A stretch of 64,000 bases of DNA from an uncultured beta proteobacterium (GTDB taxonomy: Bacteria > Pseudomonadota > Gammaproteobacteria > Burkholderiales > SG8-41), in assembly GCA_963828715.1 (NCBI GenBank), contig CAWHFX010000019.1, positions 146,734 through 210,733 of the forward strand. Direction: 5' to 3'. Both the position numbers and the translations under genes were made by a program. Of the stretch, positions 39,098-48,387 are shown one piece after another (position 1 is the first letter of the stretch; the number at the start of each line of letters is the position of its first letter). Below the pieces are notes generated by a model that saw nothing but the letters and a program-made list of their open reading frames with translations, was not told where the DNA came from and did no database searches.

Positions 39098-40054
39098 TCA
39101 CTCCTTCACAACATTGATGGGCTTGCCCGCCGCGTAGGCAAGGATCTGGTCGATCGCCAGCGCGTAGATGGCCTCGTAGGTACGCTCCTCCACGTAACCC
39201 AGGTGCGGCGTGCAAAGCACGTTCGGCATCGCGAGGAGCGGATTGCTGGTATCCAGCATGGGCTCGCTTTCGTACACGTCGACGGACGCAAAGCCCGGCC
39301 GGCCCTTCTTCAGAGCGGTCACCAGTGCACCTTGCTCGATGATCGGCGCACGGCTCGTGTTCACGATGAGCGCGGTCGGCTTCATACGCTCGAGGTCCTG
39401 GAGCTTCACGATGCCGCGCGTTTCCTTGTTGAGCGGCAGATGAAGGGCCACGATATCGGCGCTTTCAAAGAACGCTTCCCGGCTCGGCGCGACCTCGAAG
39501 CCGGCTGCGCGGGCTCTCGCCGTGGAGCCTTCACGGCCGAAGCACACGACCTTCATGCCGAAGGCGCGCCCAACGCCGGCGACGACGCTCCCGATCTTGC
39601 CGAAGGCATAAACGCCGAGCGTCTTGTCTACGAGGCCGATTCCGAGAGTCTTCTGCCATTCGCCCTTCTTGAGACCTTGCACTTCATCGGGGATATGGCG
39701 CAGGTTCGAAAGGATGATTGCCCACGTGAGCTCCGCCGTCGCGTGCGGGCTGCCGGCGCCGGCCGCGCTGACGACGATGCCTTTTTCCGCGCACCGTGCG
39801 ACATCGACATGCGCGAGGTTGCGCCCGGTCTGACTGATCATCTTCAGTTTTGGCAGGCGATCGATAACGGCCGCAGGGAAGAGTGACCGCTGCTGCGTGA
39901 GCACGACGACTTCGGCGTCCTTCAACCGCGCCGCAAGCTTTTCCGGATCTTTCTCGGAGTCGTTGTAGACGGTTACCTCATGGCCGGCGAGCTTCGGATA
40001 GGCCTGCATCCTCCTGAACGCGTCCTGGTAGTCGTCAATGACCGCGATTTTCAT
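39098..40054 (-). CDS. D-2-hydroxyacid dehydrogenase family protein
   Basis: IDDYQ, ATAELTW, GKIG, LHLPL, VNTSRA, DVYESEP, TPHLGYV. Confidence 0.93.
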   Translation of the reverse strand: MKIAVIDDYQDAFRRMQAYPKLAGHEVTVYNDSEKDPEKLAARLKDAEVVVLTQQRSLFPAAVIDRLPKLKMISQTGRNLAHVDVARCAEKGIVVSAAGAGSPHATAELTWAIILSNLRHIPDEVQGLKKGEWQKTLGIGLVDKTLGVYAFGKIGSVVAGVGRAFGMKVVCFGREGSTARARAAGFEVAPSREAFFESADIVALHLPLNKETRGIVKLQDLERMKPTALIVNTSRAPIIEQGALVTALKKGRPGFASVDVYESEPMLDTSNPLLAMPNVLCTPHLGYVEERTYEAIYALAIDQILAYAAGKPINVVKE

Positions 40055-40326
40055 GGTGGTGCCTCCGCAGGAATTCAGGACACGTGAGTAAGCCGCCCGG
40101 GGGCTGGTTCAGAGGTGCCTTGGATATGAGTGAACGACCGCCGGCGGCGGCTCGCGTGCGAATTATAGGCGCCTTGGCCATGCTCGCTTCCCGCGCGAAC
40201 GCGAGAGCAGGAGCATCAGTCTCTGCGCGCGGGCCAGGGCACGATCGTGCCCCGTGCGCCTGCGGTTAGAATTGCCGGTTTTTCTCGCGATTCGGACTCA
40301 CGCTTCCAGAGCATGCTCGCGACACT

Positions 40327-41586
40327 ATGCTAGGGACTCTCAACGCACTGCGCGCGCTGCGGCATCGCAACTTCGCGCTGTTCGCGTCCGGTCAGGCGGT
40401 TGCGCTGATCGGCTACTGGATGCAGTCGATCGCACAGAGCTGGCTACTGTACCGGCTCACCGGCTCCGCAACACTGCTCGGCGTATTGGGATTCGCGAGC
40501 AGCCTGCCGATCCTGATCCTTGCGCCGCTCGTGGGCCTGATGTCCGACCGCTGGAACCTGCATCGCGCGATGTATACGACCCAGGTGCTGGAGATGCTCC
40601 AGGCGATCGCACTCGCCACCCTCGCCCTTCTGGGCGTGATCGCGCCGTGGCACATCGTCACGCTCGCGATGCTCATGGGAGTGCTTGTCGCAGTCGAGCT
40701 CCCCGTGCGTCACGCCTACCTGATCGAGCTGGTCGGCGGGAAGGAGGATCTCCCGAATGCAGTCGCGCTGACTTCCCTCATCGCGAACTGCGGGCGCCTG
40801 ATCGGTCCGGCGCTGGCGGGTATCGCGATCGCCGCGTTCAGCGAGGCAGTGTGCTTCGCGTTCAATGCTCTGACGTTCGTTGCGGTGCTGGTGAGCTTCG
40901 CATTCATCCGTGTCCAGGCAAGCCCGCGCGCTGCGGCGAACGCGCCCGTGATGCAGGGACTGAAGGAAGGCTTCACGTATGCGTGGCGGTTCGTGCCCAT
41001 ACGACTGCTGCTCATCGTTATGGCCGTCGTGAGCCTGCTCGCCACGCCGTACATGACGCTCATGCCGGTATTGGTGAGAGAGGTTTATGGCGGGGGCGCA
41101 AACCTGATGGGCTTTCTCGTCGGCGCCTCGGGCTTCGGCGCCGTGTCGGGGACGCTCTTTCTCGCGAGCCGTCCCAACGTGCGCGGCCTCGTGCGTGTGA
41201 TCGCGTGCGCGAGCGGGGCGGCCGGAGCCGCGCTGGCCGTTCTACCGTGGGTGGGCGGCGTCGCGCTCGCGCTTCCGCTGCTGGCAATCGTCGGGTTCGG
41301 CATTCTCGTCACATCTGTTTCGACGAACATGATTCTTCAAACGATCGTCGACGACGACAAGCGGGGGCGCGTGATGAGCCTCTACACGGCCGCGTTCCTC
41401 GGGATGTCGCCATTCGGTGCCGTCACAGCTGGCGCGTTGACGGATCATATCGGTGTGGCGTTGACGCTCACCATCGGCGGCTTGTGCTGCACGGCGGCCG
41501 GCGTGTTTCTGGCGACCAAGCGCGAAGAGATCGACGCGCACGTGGGCCCGATCTACGCCCGGCTGGGTCTGCGGCCGCGAGCCTGA
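40327..41586 (+). CDS. MFS transporter (MFS_3/DUF894-type)
   Basis: ALRHRNFALF, GYWMQ, LPNAVALTS, RLIGPALAG, KRGRVMS. Confidence 0.9.
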   Translation: MLGTLNALRALRHRNFALFASGQAVALIGYWMQSIAQSWLLYRLTGSATLLGVLGFASSLPILILAPLVGLMSDRWNLHRAMYTTQVLEMLQAIALATLALLGVIAPWHIVTLAMLMGVLVAVELPVRHAYLIELVGGKEDLPNAVALTSLIANCGRLIGPALAGIAIAAFSEAVCFAFNALTFVAVLVSFAFIRVQASPRAAANAPVMQGLKEGFTYAWRFVPIRLLLIVMAVVSLLATPYMTLMPVLVREVYGGGANLMGFLVGASGFGAVSGTLFLASRPNVRGLVRVIACASGAAGAALAVLPWVGGVALALPLLAIVGFGILVTSVSTNMILQTIVDDDKRGRVMSLYTAAFLGMSPFGAVTAGALTDHIGVALTLTIGGLCCTAAGVFLATKREEIDAHVGPIYARLGLRPRA

Positions 41587-41587
41587 T

Positions 41588-41674
41588 GGGGGCGGCGCTC
41601 GCCTTCGCTCGGGCCTCGCCGCCCTACGGAACAGAAGGAAACCTACGATTTGCCTCCGTAACCTCCTTTCCCTT
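41588..41674 (-). repeat. ~90-bp two-hairpin dispersed repeat, copy 2
   Basis: Minus strand AAGGGAAAGGAGGTTACGGAGGCAAATCGTAGGTTTCCTTCTGTTCCGTAGGGCGGCG...GGCGAGCGCCGCCCC. Confidence 0.78.
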
Positions 41675-41718
41675 GGTCGCGTGTCGGATCGCACGGCCGA
41701 CACGCTGACAGGTACACG

Positions 41719-42690
41719 TTATTCCGGCTTCGCGCCGGATGCCTTGACCACTTTCGCCCACTTGGTGATTTCACTGCGGATGTACTTGCCGTAAGCCTCG
41801 GGCGTGCTGGCGGCTATCTCGAAGCCGAGGCCGCTCAGACGCTCTTTCACGTCGGGCAGTTTCAGCGCCTTCACGATTTCCGCATTGAGCCGATTCACGA
41901 TGGCCTTCGGCGTCTTCGCCGGCGCGTGCACCCCATACCACGCGGTCGCTTCGAAGTTCGGAAAGCCCGATTCAGCGATGGTGGGCACATCGGGAAGCGC
42001 GGCCGAGCGCTTCTCTCCGGTCTGGGCGAGCGCCCGCAACTTCCCGGACTTGATGTGCGGCAGCGTCGAGGAGAAGCCGCTGAACATGAGCTGGATATGC
42101 CCGCCGAGGAGATCGGTAACCGCCTGTCCGCTCCCTTTGTAGGCGACATGCGTCATCTTGATGCCGGCAAGCTCGTTCAGCAGTTCACCGGTCAGATGTC
42201 CGACGCTCGCGATGCTCGCCGACGCGTAGTTGAGCTTGCCGGGCTGTGCTTTGGCCAACGCGATCAGCTCCTTCAGGTTCTTCGCAGCGACCGAAGGATG
42301 CGCGACGAGCACATTCGGCGAAGTCGCGATCAACGTGACGGGTTCGTAGTCTTTGACCGGATCGAATGGAAGCTTCTCGTAGAGACTGGGTGCGATCGCG
42401 ACGTTTGCGATGTAACCGAGCAGAATCGTGTGACCATCGGCCGGCGCCTTTGCCACGATTTCCATGCCGATGTTGCCGTTGGCTCCGGAACGATTGTCGA
42501 CGACGACCTGCTGCCCGAGAGCGTCCGAGAGCTTGAGCGCGAGCACGCGCGCCAGCGTGTCGGTGCTGCCGCCGGGCGCGAAGGGCACGACGAACCGAAT
42601 GGGTTTGGTTGGATAAACCTGGGCGCTCGCTGCACCGTTCGCCAGAGCCAGTCCGAGAAGAACGAAAGTTGCGATGCTAAAGATGCGCAT
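41719..42690 (-). CDS. Bug/TctC substrate-binding protein
   Basis: YPTKPIRFVVPFAPGGSTD, DNRSGANGNIG, ADGHT, LNYAS. Confidence 0.95.
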   Translation of the reverse strand: MRIFSIATFVLLGLALANGAASAQVYPTKPIRFVVPFAPGGSTDTLARVLALKLSDALGQQVVVDNRSGANGNIGMEIVAKAPADGHTILLGYIANVAIAPSLYEKLPFDPVKDYEPVTLIATSPNVLVAHPSVAAKNLKELIALAKAQPGKLNYASASIASVGHLTGELLNELAGIKMTHVAYKGSGQAVTDLLGGHIQLMFSGFSSTLPHIKSGKLRALAQTGEKRSAALPDVPTIAESGFPNFEATAWYGVHAPAKTPKAIVNRLNAEIVKALKLPDVKERLSGLGFEIAASTPEAYGKYIRSEITKWAKVVKASGAKPE

Positions 42691-42711
42691 GATGATTTGG
42701 TGTTGTCCGTC

Positions 42712-42882
42712 GCCTCGAACGCTCGGACGGCAGTTCTAACCGGCGTCGAGTGCTGCGTGCGTGGGGACGCGCCGCTTCTTTCTCCCCCAGCCCTCGCACA
42801 ATCGGACAAGAGTGCTGACGGGCGTTCGAGTGTTACGTTCGCGGCGACAGCCTGTCCCAAGCGCGCCGCTCACCTATACTTA
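42712..42882. repeat. Tandem pair of degenerate attC-like/structured repeat units (family shared with 1270-1445)
   Basis: GTTCTAACCGGCGTCGAGTG...GCGCCGCT and GTGCTGACGGGCGTTCGAGTGTTACGTTCGCGGCGACAGCCTGTCCCAAGCGCGCCGCTCACC. Confidence 0.7.
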
Positions 42883-43072
42883 AGTTTTGGTGGCACTCTC
42901 ATTGCGCCAACGCTCCCACGCCGCTCGCTGATCCTCCCGTATCTCGTCGTTCTCCAGCATAGAACGCACGAGCGCGGTCACATCGGATTCGTAGCCGTCG
43001 CGGCGTTTGCTGAACGACCACTTGTGGCCCAACGGGAAATACCGGCGAATTCGGGAAACGAAACCATTTCAT
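42880..43072 (-). CDS. Small protein, DUF3460-like (ATG 43072 needs a 1-nt correction, or in-frame TTG 43032)
   Basis: Hand translation ...RRYFPLGHKWSFSKRRDGYESDVTALVRSMLENDEIREDQRAAWERWRNESATKT*; the YxSDxT..Q..W pattern recalls DUF3460. Confidence 0.5.
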
Positions 43073-43109
43073 AGCATGCCTCTCACCCTGACCCTGCCGA
43101 ACATTAACA

Positions 43110-44291
43110 TCATCCCCTGCCCGGGAACGGGAATCCCGGCGGCGGCCCGCCGCCTTCCCGGCCTTCGGGCTTGCGTTTGGCGATCATTTCTTCACGTGAT
43201 TTCAGAAGCGGCGCGACCTGTTTGCGTTCGACTACGTAGGTCCATGAAGCGAGTCCCTTCTCGCGTTGGACGCGCGCCTCGAGACGCTTGCGGGTCTCTG
43301 CGAAGTCCTTGTCGCGACGCTCCTTCTCTTCCGCTTTCTCATCCTTCTCGGGCGGCCGCTCGCTCAGCGGCTCACCGGCCACGGCAACGTTGACGAGATA
43401 CTCTTCGCTGGAGCCGCGCGGCGACACGCGAAGCGTGTAGGTCAGATCCGTCGAACGTTTCTGCCGTAATCACGACGGGCTTCGTCAGCTCTTCCGGCTT
43501 CACTCCGATCGCCACATCGCTGAACCCGAGCTGCGAGAGTGCATTCGCCGCACCCACCGCGGCGCTGGCGTCGAGCTGCCCACCACCCGCGGCAAACTTC
43601 CATTGACCCCATTCCACGTCGCGCGTGATCTTCCATGGCTGGCCGGCGGTTCCGCTCACCGCCAGCGTCTTGACGCGCTCGGCCTTGACGAAATCCTTGT
43701 CCAGCCACTGGCCGGGCGACGCTTCGGCGTTGTTCAAGCGGATCGATTGACCACCGCCACCCGGTCCTTGCCCGTCAGCACGCGGACGTAACGGCCCGCG
43801 GGTACGCCGTTCTGTGCAGCCGGCAGCGGATTGCCCGGATCCTTCTTCAGCACTTTCTTTCCGAGCACGACGTTCGCGAGGGTCTTGCCCGCGCCGTCCT
43901 TGAGCTCGATCTTCGTGCCGACACCTTCGCCGCGGCCGGGCTCGACCAGCTCCACGCGCGGCAGCAGCGACTCGCCGACCTGATCAGCCTGCACGACTTT
44001 GAGATCGATGAGCTTGATGATGAGATCGCTGATCGCCTTGAAATCCGCGGGGTAGTTGTTTCGTTCCTGCACCACCCAGCGGTTTTCCTTCCGCACGAGC
44101 GTCGACTGCGACTTGCCGTCGCGCAGCTCGATCTGGGCGACGTCTGCGACCTTCATCTCGGGCAACAGCTTGGCGCCGATCTTTGCGCCGCTCGCCCGGT
44201 ATTCCGCGATGTTCTGCCAGAACATCGCCGCACCCGCGGCGCCGACGATGATCAGCGCAATCACCAGAGCCAGGAATTGTTTGCGATTCAT
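43110..44291 (-). CDS. DUF4340 domain protein, frameshifted (~43745, ~43445)
   Basis: N-terminal TM, WVVQERNNYPAD, VVLGK, GRYVR; continues as WLDKDFV...ETFDG and YTLRV...SWTYVV in other frames. Confidence 0.75.
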
Positions 44292-44308
44292 GCCTGTGTC
44301 TCCGACGA

Positions 44309-46214
44309 TCAGGCGGAACGCGCTGCACGCGCCGTAGCGCGGCGGCGCTTCGCGAACGCAAGCGCGAGTCCCGCCAGCGCGACCAGCAGCGGCACCAGCC
44401 CGATGTTGACGACCTTCGTCCAGAACTCGAGCCGGTCGGTGTCCACCCGCAGGTTCTTACGCACTTCCTTCAGCTCGCCGCGAATCTCGACCGATTTCTT
44501 GCGGAAGTTGTCGATCTCCGCCTGCTGCTCCGGCGTGAGGATCGTGCTGGTCGACGTCGTGCCCTTGCCGCGCTGAAGCTCCTGCAGCTTCTCCTGCGTC
44601 TGGTTGAGGCTGTCCTCGAGCTCCTTGATCTTGCCCAGATACTGCTGCTGCGCGCTCGCCTCCATGTCCTGAACGACCGTGAGCGGCCGTGTGAACGACT
44701 CGCGGCTGCGCAGGCTCATCAGGGCTTCTGCTCTCCCGAGAACTGCTCGACGAGTCCCTGCGCGAACGAGAGGTTACCGTTGCGCGGCACGACCAGCTTC
44801 TGCCCGAATACGTCCTGCACTTCGACCGCGGCGCCGTCACTGAGCATATCGACGTCCGCGACCAGCACGACCTGGTTCTCCGCCACCGCCTTCGCGCAGA
44901 TGCTTCGCCGGCGGCTCTTCCTTCTTCGGCTCTTCCTTCTTCTGATCCCGCGGCACCATCGGCGCGGGTGGACCATTCGGGAATGCGCTCTTGAACTTGC
45001 CCGACAGCCGGATCGCGAGCGGATACTCTTCGCCGGACGGCTGGAAACCACGCGTCGAAGGCTCACCCGAGAGCGTCGCGATGATGAGATCGACCATCGT
45101 CGAGTTGCGCGACGTATGGGCGAGGACGGTCTCGGTCAGGCCTTCGGCAGGCTTTCCTTTGAAAACACCGCCGAACGGAACGAGCAGGGTGCCGACCTGG
45201 CTCATTACGACGTCGTCCTGGTTGAGCGCTTCCTGATTGAGCGAAAGCAGCGTCGGCAGCAAACGCGGGCCGGCACCGCTCGCGTACGTGAGATCGGCCA
45301 CCACCTGATTCATCGTCGGCTCGACACCCCATGCCTTGAACAGCGTGTAGAGCGACGACTGTCCGGCCTGCGAACCCCCGAACGGATTCTGCAGATCGGG
45401 CTGCTGATCGAAATAGGCGTAGGGATCGACGAACGCGATCAGCTTCCCGCCGCGCAGCACGAACTGATCGATCGCATACTCGGTCTCTTCGGCGATGTTG
45501 CGCGGATGGATCACCAGCAGCACCTGGATGTCGTCGTCGATCCTCTTCGCGTCGAGCTCGATCTTGCGCACTTCGAAATTGCGCTTCAGCTCCGAGCCGA
45601 TCACCCATGGCTCGGTCGGCTGCTGCTTGGTCATCGGGTTCAATGGCCGTCCCAGCACCGGAAGACCCGCCATCACGCCGACGACCGGTTTCTTCGTGGC
45701 CGTGACCTGCGCGATCGCGCGCGTGATGTCGTACTCGAGCAGGCGCTCGCGGTCCGGCGCGAGGACCGGTATCGCTGCCTTCTGATCGAGGAAGGACACG
45801 GCAAGGCCGAGGTAGAACTTCTCGCCGGTGTTCGTCATCTGCCCTTCGACGTTGTCGAGTGCCGCAGAATCCTCGGCGTCCGAATCAGGCTCCGGATTGA
45901 AGCGCTCGATCACGACCTTGCCGTTCGATGCGCGGCGATATTCCGCCAGCAGATCCTCGACGCGCTGTGCGAAGGTCTTCAGGCCCACCGGCACCGCGTT
46001 CGTTGCCCTGGGTGTAATAGAAGCGGATGTGAACGGGCGCGTCGAGCTTCGACACGACCGCCTTGGTGCCGGGCGAGAGCGTGTAGACCTTGCCCTCGGT
46101 GAGATCGACGCGGGCGTTGAACGCGGTCAGGAGGAAGTTGCCGACGATCAGAATCGCGACCAGCACGATCGCGCCGCCGGCGGAGTACAGAAGGCTTTCT
46201 CGGTTGCGTTTCAT
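44309..46214 (-). CDS. GldG-like ABC auxiliary protein, frameshifted (~45995, ~44895, ~44725)
   Basis: RVDLTEGKVYTLS, FYLGLA, LEYDITRAI, IDQFVLRGG, LVADVDML, C-terminal coiled coil plus TM, spread over four ORF pieces. Confidence 0.85.
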
Positions 46215-46220
46215 AATGCT

Positions 46221-46973
46221 CTATCCTGCCCGCTGGTTGCGGATGATCACGCCGGTCGTGAACAGCGCGAAGCCGATCACCGAGGCGAAGAACACGACGT
46301 CCCGCGTATCGAGCACGCCACGCTGGAATCCCTCGAAGTGGGTCATCACCGAAAAAGCGGCGATCGTCTGCACGAGCACCGGATTCGCCCATCGCGTGAG
46401 CAGGTCCGTGACAGGCGTGTAGCCCGCCAGTATCAGGAAGAGGCAGATCACGACCGAGAGGATGAAGCTGATCACCTGGTTGCGCGTCATCGCGGAGGTC
46501 ATGCAACTGATTGCGAGGTACGCGCCCGCGAGCATCAGGCTCCCGACGTAGCCAGCCACGATCACGCCGTTGTCCGGATCGCCGAGCCAGTTGACGGTGA
46601 TCACGACCGGAAACGTGAGGAGCAGTGCCAGCGCGAGGAACAGCCACGATGCGAGGAACTTGCCGACGATCGCCTGCCAGGTGGTAATCGGGAACGTGAG
46701 CAGCAGCTCGAGCGTGCCGAGGCGCCTTTCCTCCGACCACAGCCGCATGCCGACCGCCGGCACCAGAAACAGGTAGAGCCACGGATGCCACGTGAAGAAC
46801 GACACGAGTGAGGCTTCGGAGCGTTCGAAGAAGTTCCCGACGGTGAACGTGAAGAAGCCGGTGAGCAGCAGGAAGATGACCAGGAACACGTAGGCGATCG
46901 GCGAAGTGAAGTAGCCGCCGAGCTCGCGCTTCATGACTGCGAAGATATTGGCCCAGGCATTCATGGCGTTCAT
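46221..46973 (-). CDS. GldF-like ABC-2 permease
   Basis: KRELGGYFTSPIAY, MRLWSEERRLGTLELL, GKFLA, TRNQVI, RGVLD. Confidence 0.92.
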   Translation of the reverse strand: MNAMNAWANIFAVMKRELGGYFTSPIAYVFLVIFLLLTGFFTFTVGNFFERSEASLVSFFTWHPWLYLFLVPAVGMRLWSEERRLGTLELLLTFPITTWQAIVGKFLASWLFLALALLLTFPVVITVNWLGDPDNGVIVAGYVGSLMLAGAYLAISCMTSAMTRNQVISFILSVVICLFLILAGYTPVTDLLTRWANPVLVQTIAAFSVMTHFEGFQRGVLDTRDVVFFASVIGFALFTTGVIIRNQRAG

Positions 46974-47929
46974 GCAGCCGCTTTGATGGTGTCAGGCAGC
47001 GTGATCGCTCTGAACACTTCGTCGAGCCGCCCTTCTTCGGTGTGAATCTCGTCAAGCTGCCAGCCTTCGCGTGCCGCGTACTCGGCAACACTGCGCGTAA
47101 GGCTTGCCGCGGCGGCTTTTTCGGGGATGACACGCGCTTCAACGCGCGAGTCGATCTCGGAGAGAATCTCGACTCGCACCGCACCCGGTACGTGTGCGAG
47201 CTTCTCGTGCAACGTGTCCGCGGGTATGCCGCGAGCTCGCAGGTGCACCGCACCGGCCATCTCGGAACGCGCCTTCAACTCTGCCGGTGTTCCGTTCGCG
47301 ACGATGCGCCCGCGGTCGATGATGATCACTCGCGTGCACGCCGCTTCGACTTCTTCCAGAATGTGCGTCGAGAACACGATCGCCTTGTTCGCGCCCATGC
47401 GCTTGATCAGATTGCGCACCTCGTGCTTCTGGTTCGGATCGAGCCCGTCGGTCGGCTCGTCGAGGATCAGCACGTCCGGATCATGTATGAGGGACTGGGC
47501 GAGACAGGTCCGGTGTTTGTAGCCCTTCGACAGCGTGTCGATCGTCTGATACAGCACGGAATCGAGGAAGCACAGCTCGACCGCGCGATGGACGGCCCGC
47601 TTTCGTGCGTCGCGCGAGAGACCGCGGAGCTCCGCGGCGAAGTTGAGAAACCCGTTCACGGTCATATCCGCGTAGCCGGGCGCATTCTCGGGCAGATAGC
47701 CGATGAGGCGTTTGGCGCCGGTAGGATCCTCCACGACGTCATGGTTGCCCACCACGACCTTGCCGGAGGTCGGCGGGATGAACCCTGTGATCATCCGCAT
47801 CGTGGTGGACTTGCCGGCCCCATTCGGCCCCAGAAAGCCGAGGACTTCGCCGCGACCAACGGTGAACGAGACGTCGTTCACCGCGAGCTTGGGCCCGAAA
47901 GCCTTCGTCAGGTTCTCGACTGTTATCAA
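46970..47929 (-). CDS. GldA-like ABC ATP-binding protein
   Basis: [23 protein letters not shown]. Confidence 0.93.
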   Translation of the reverse strand: MITVENLTKAFGPKLAVNDVSFTVGRGEVLGFLGPNGAGKSTTMRMITGFIPPTSGKVVVGNHDVVEDPTGAKRLIGYLPENAPGYADMTVNGFLNFAAELRGLSRDARKRAVHRAVELCFLDSVLYQTIDTLSKGYKHRTCLAQSLIHDPDVLILDEPTDGLDPNQKHEVRNLIKRMGANKAIVFSTHILEEVEAACTRVIIIDRGRIVANGTPAELKARSEMAGAVHLRARGIPADTLHEKLAHVPGAVRVEILSEIDSRVEARVIPEKAAAASLTRSVAEYAAREGWQLDEIHTEEGRLDEVFRAITLPDTIKAAA

Positions 47930-48144
47930 CGGTTACTCCTCAATTGTCGCGCGGTCGTCAGCCGCGCTTCATGTATCCAAAATCAGGTTGTCGGCGAGGC
48001 CATCCGTGCCGCTCGCAGGCTCGACCGCAGCGCTCCGCCGTCGTCATGGTTTGTTCGGTGCACGTCTTCGACCGGCGCATACTTGACGATCGCCGGCGCG
48101 GAATAAGCCCGCTTGACGGAAGGAAAGGCCCCAGGACGTCCCGG

Positions 48145-48217
48145 TGCCGACAGTCTGACTCGAACAGACGACCTACCGCTTACAAGGCGGTTGCTCTACC
48201 AACTGAGCTATGCCGGC
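48145..48217 (-). tRNA. tRNA-Thr(UGU)
   Basis: GCCGGCATAGCTCAGTTGGTAGAGCAACCGCCT-TGT-AAGCGGTAGGTCGTCTGTTCGAGTCAGACTGTCGGCA; cloverleaf with TTCGA; followed by CCG, not CCA. Confidence 0.95.
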
Positions 48218-48227
48218 AGGGCGTCGC

Positions 48228-48257
48228 ATTATAAGTCGCCGCGCGAACGACAGTAAA
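48228..48257 (-). promoter_or_regulatory. Sigma-70 promoter of tRNA-Thr
   Basis: Minus strand TTTACT-18 nt-TATAAT, ending 10 nt before the tRNA. Confidence 0.65.
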
Positions 48258-48361
48258 TGACCGGGCTTTCTCAGTAAAACTTACGCCCCGCAGTAAGGAT
48301 CGATCCATTGTTAGACCACGGCGGCAATGATAAGTGCCTGATAACGCGTAACACCTATCTG

Positions 48362-48377
48362 TGGCACCAATAATGCA
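48362..48377 (+). promoter_or_regulatory. Sigma-54 (-24/-12) promoter
   Basis: TGGCACCAATAATGCA: GG-N10-GC with TGGCAC. Confidence 0.7.
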
Positions 48378-48387
48378 AGCGCAGTGT

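Noticed and set aside
38816..39886. 356-aa ORF with His/Pro-rich repeats (HHPSPVT)
   Set aside because: Translation of the BoxC-like element and heptamer array plus the antisense of the dehydrogenase; no RBS
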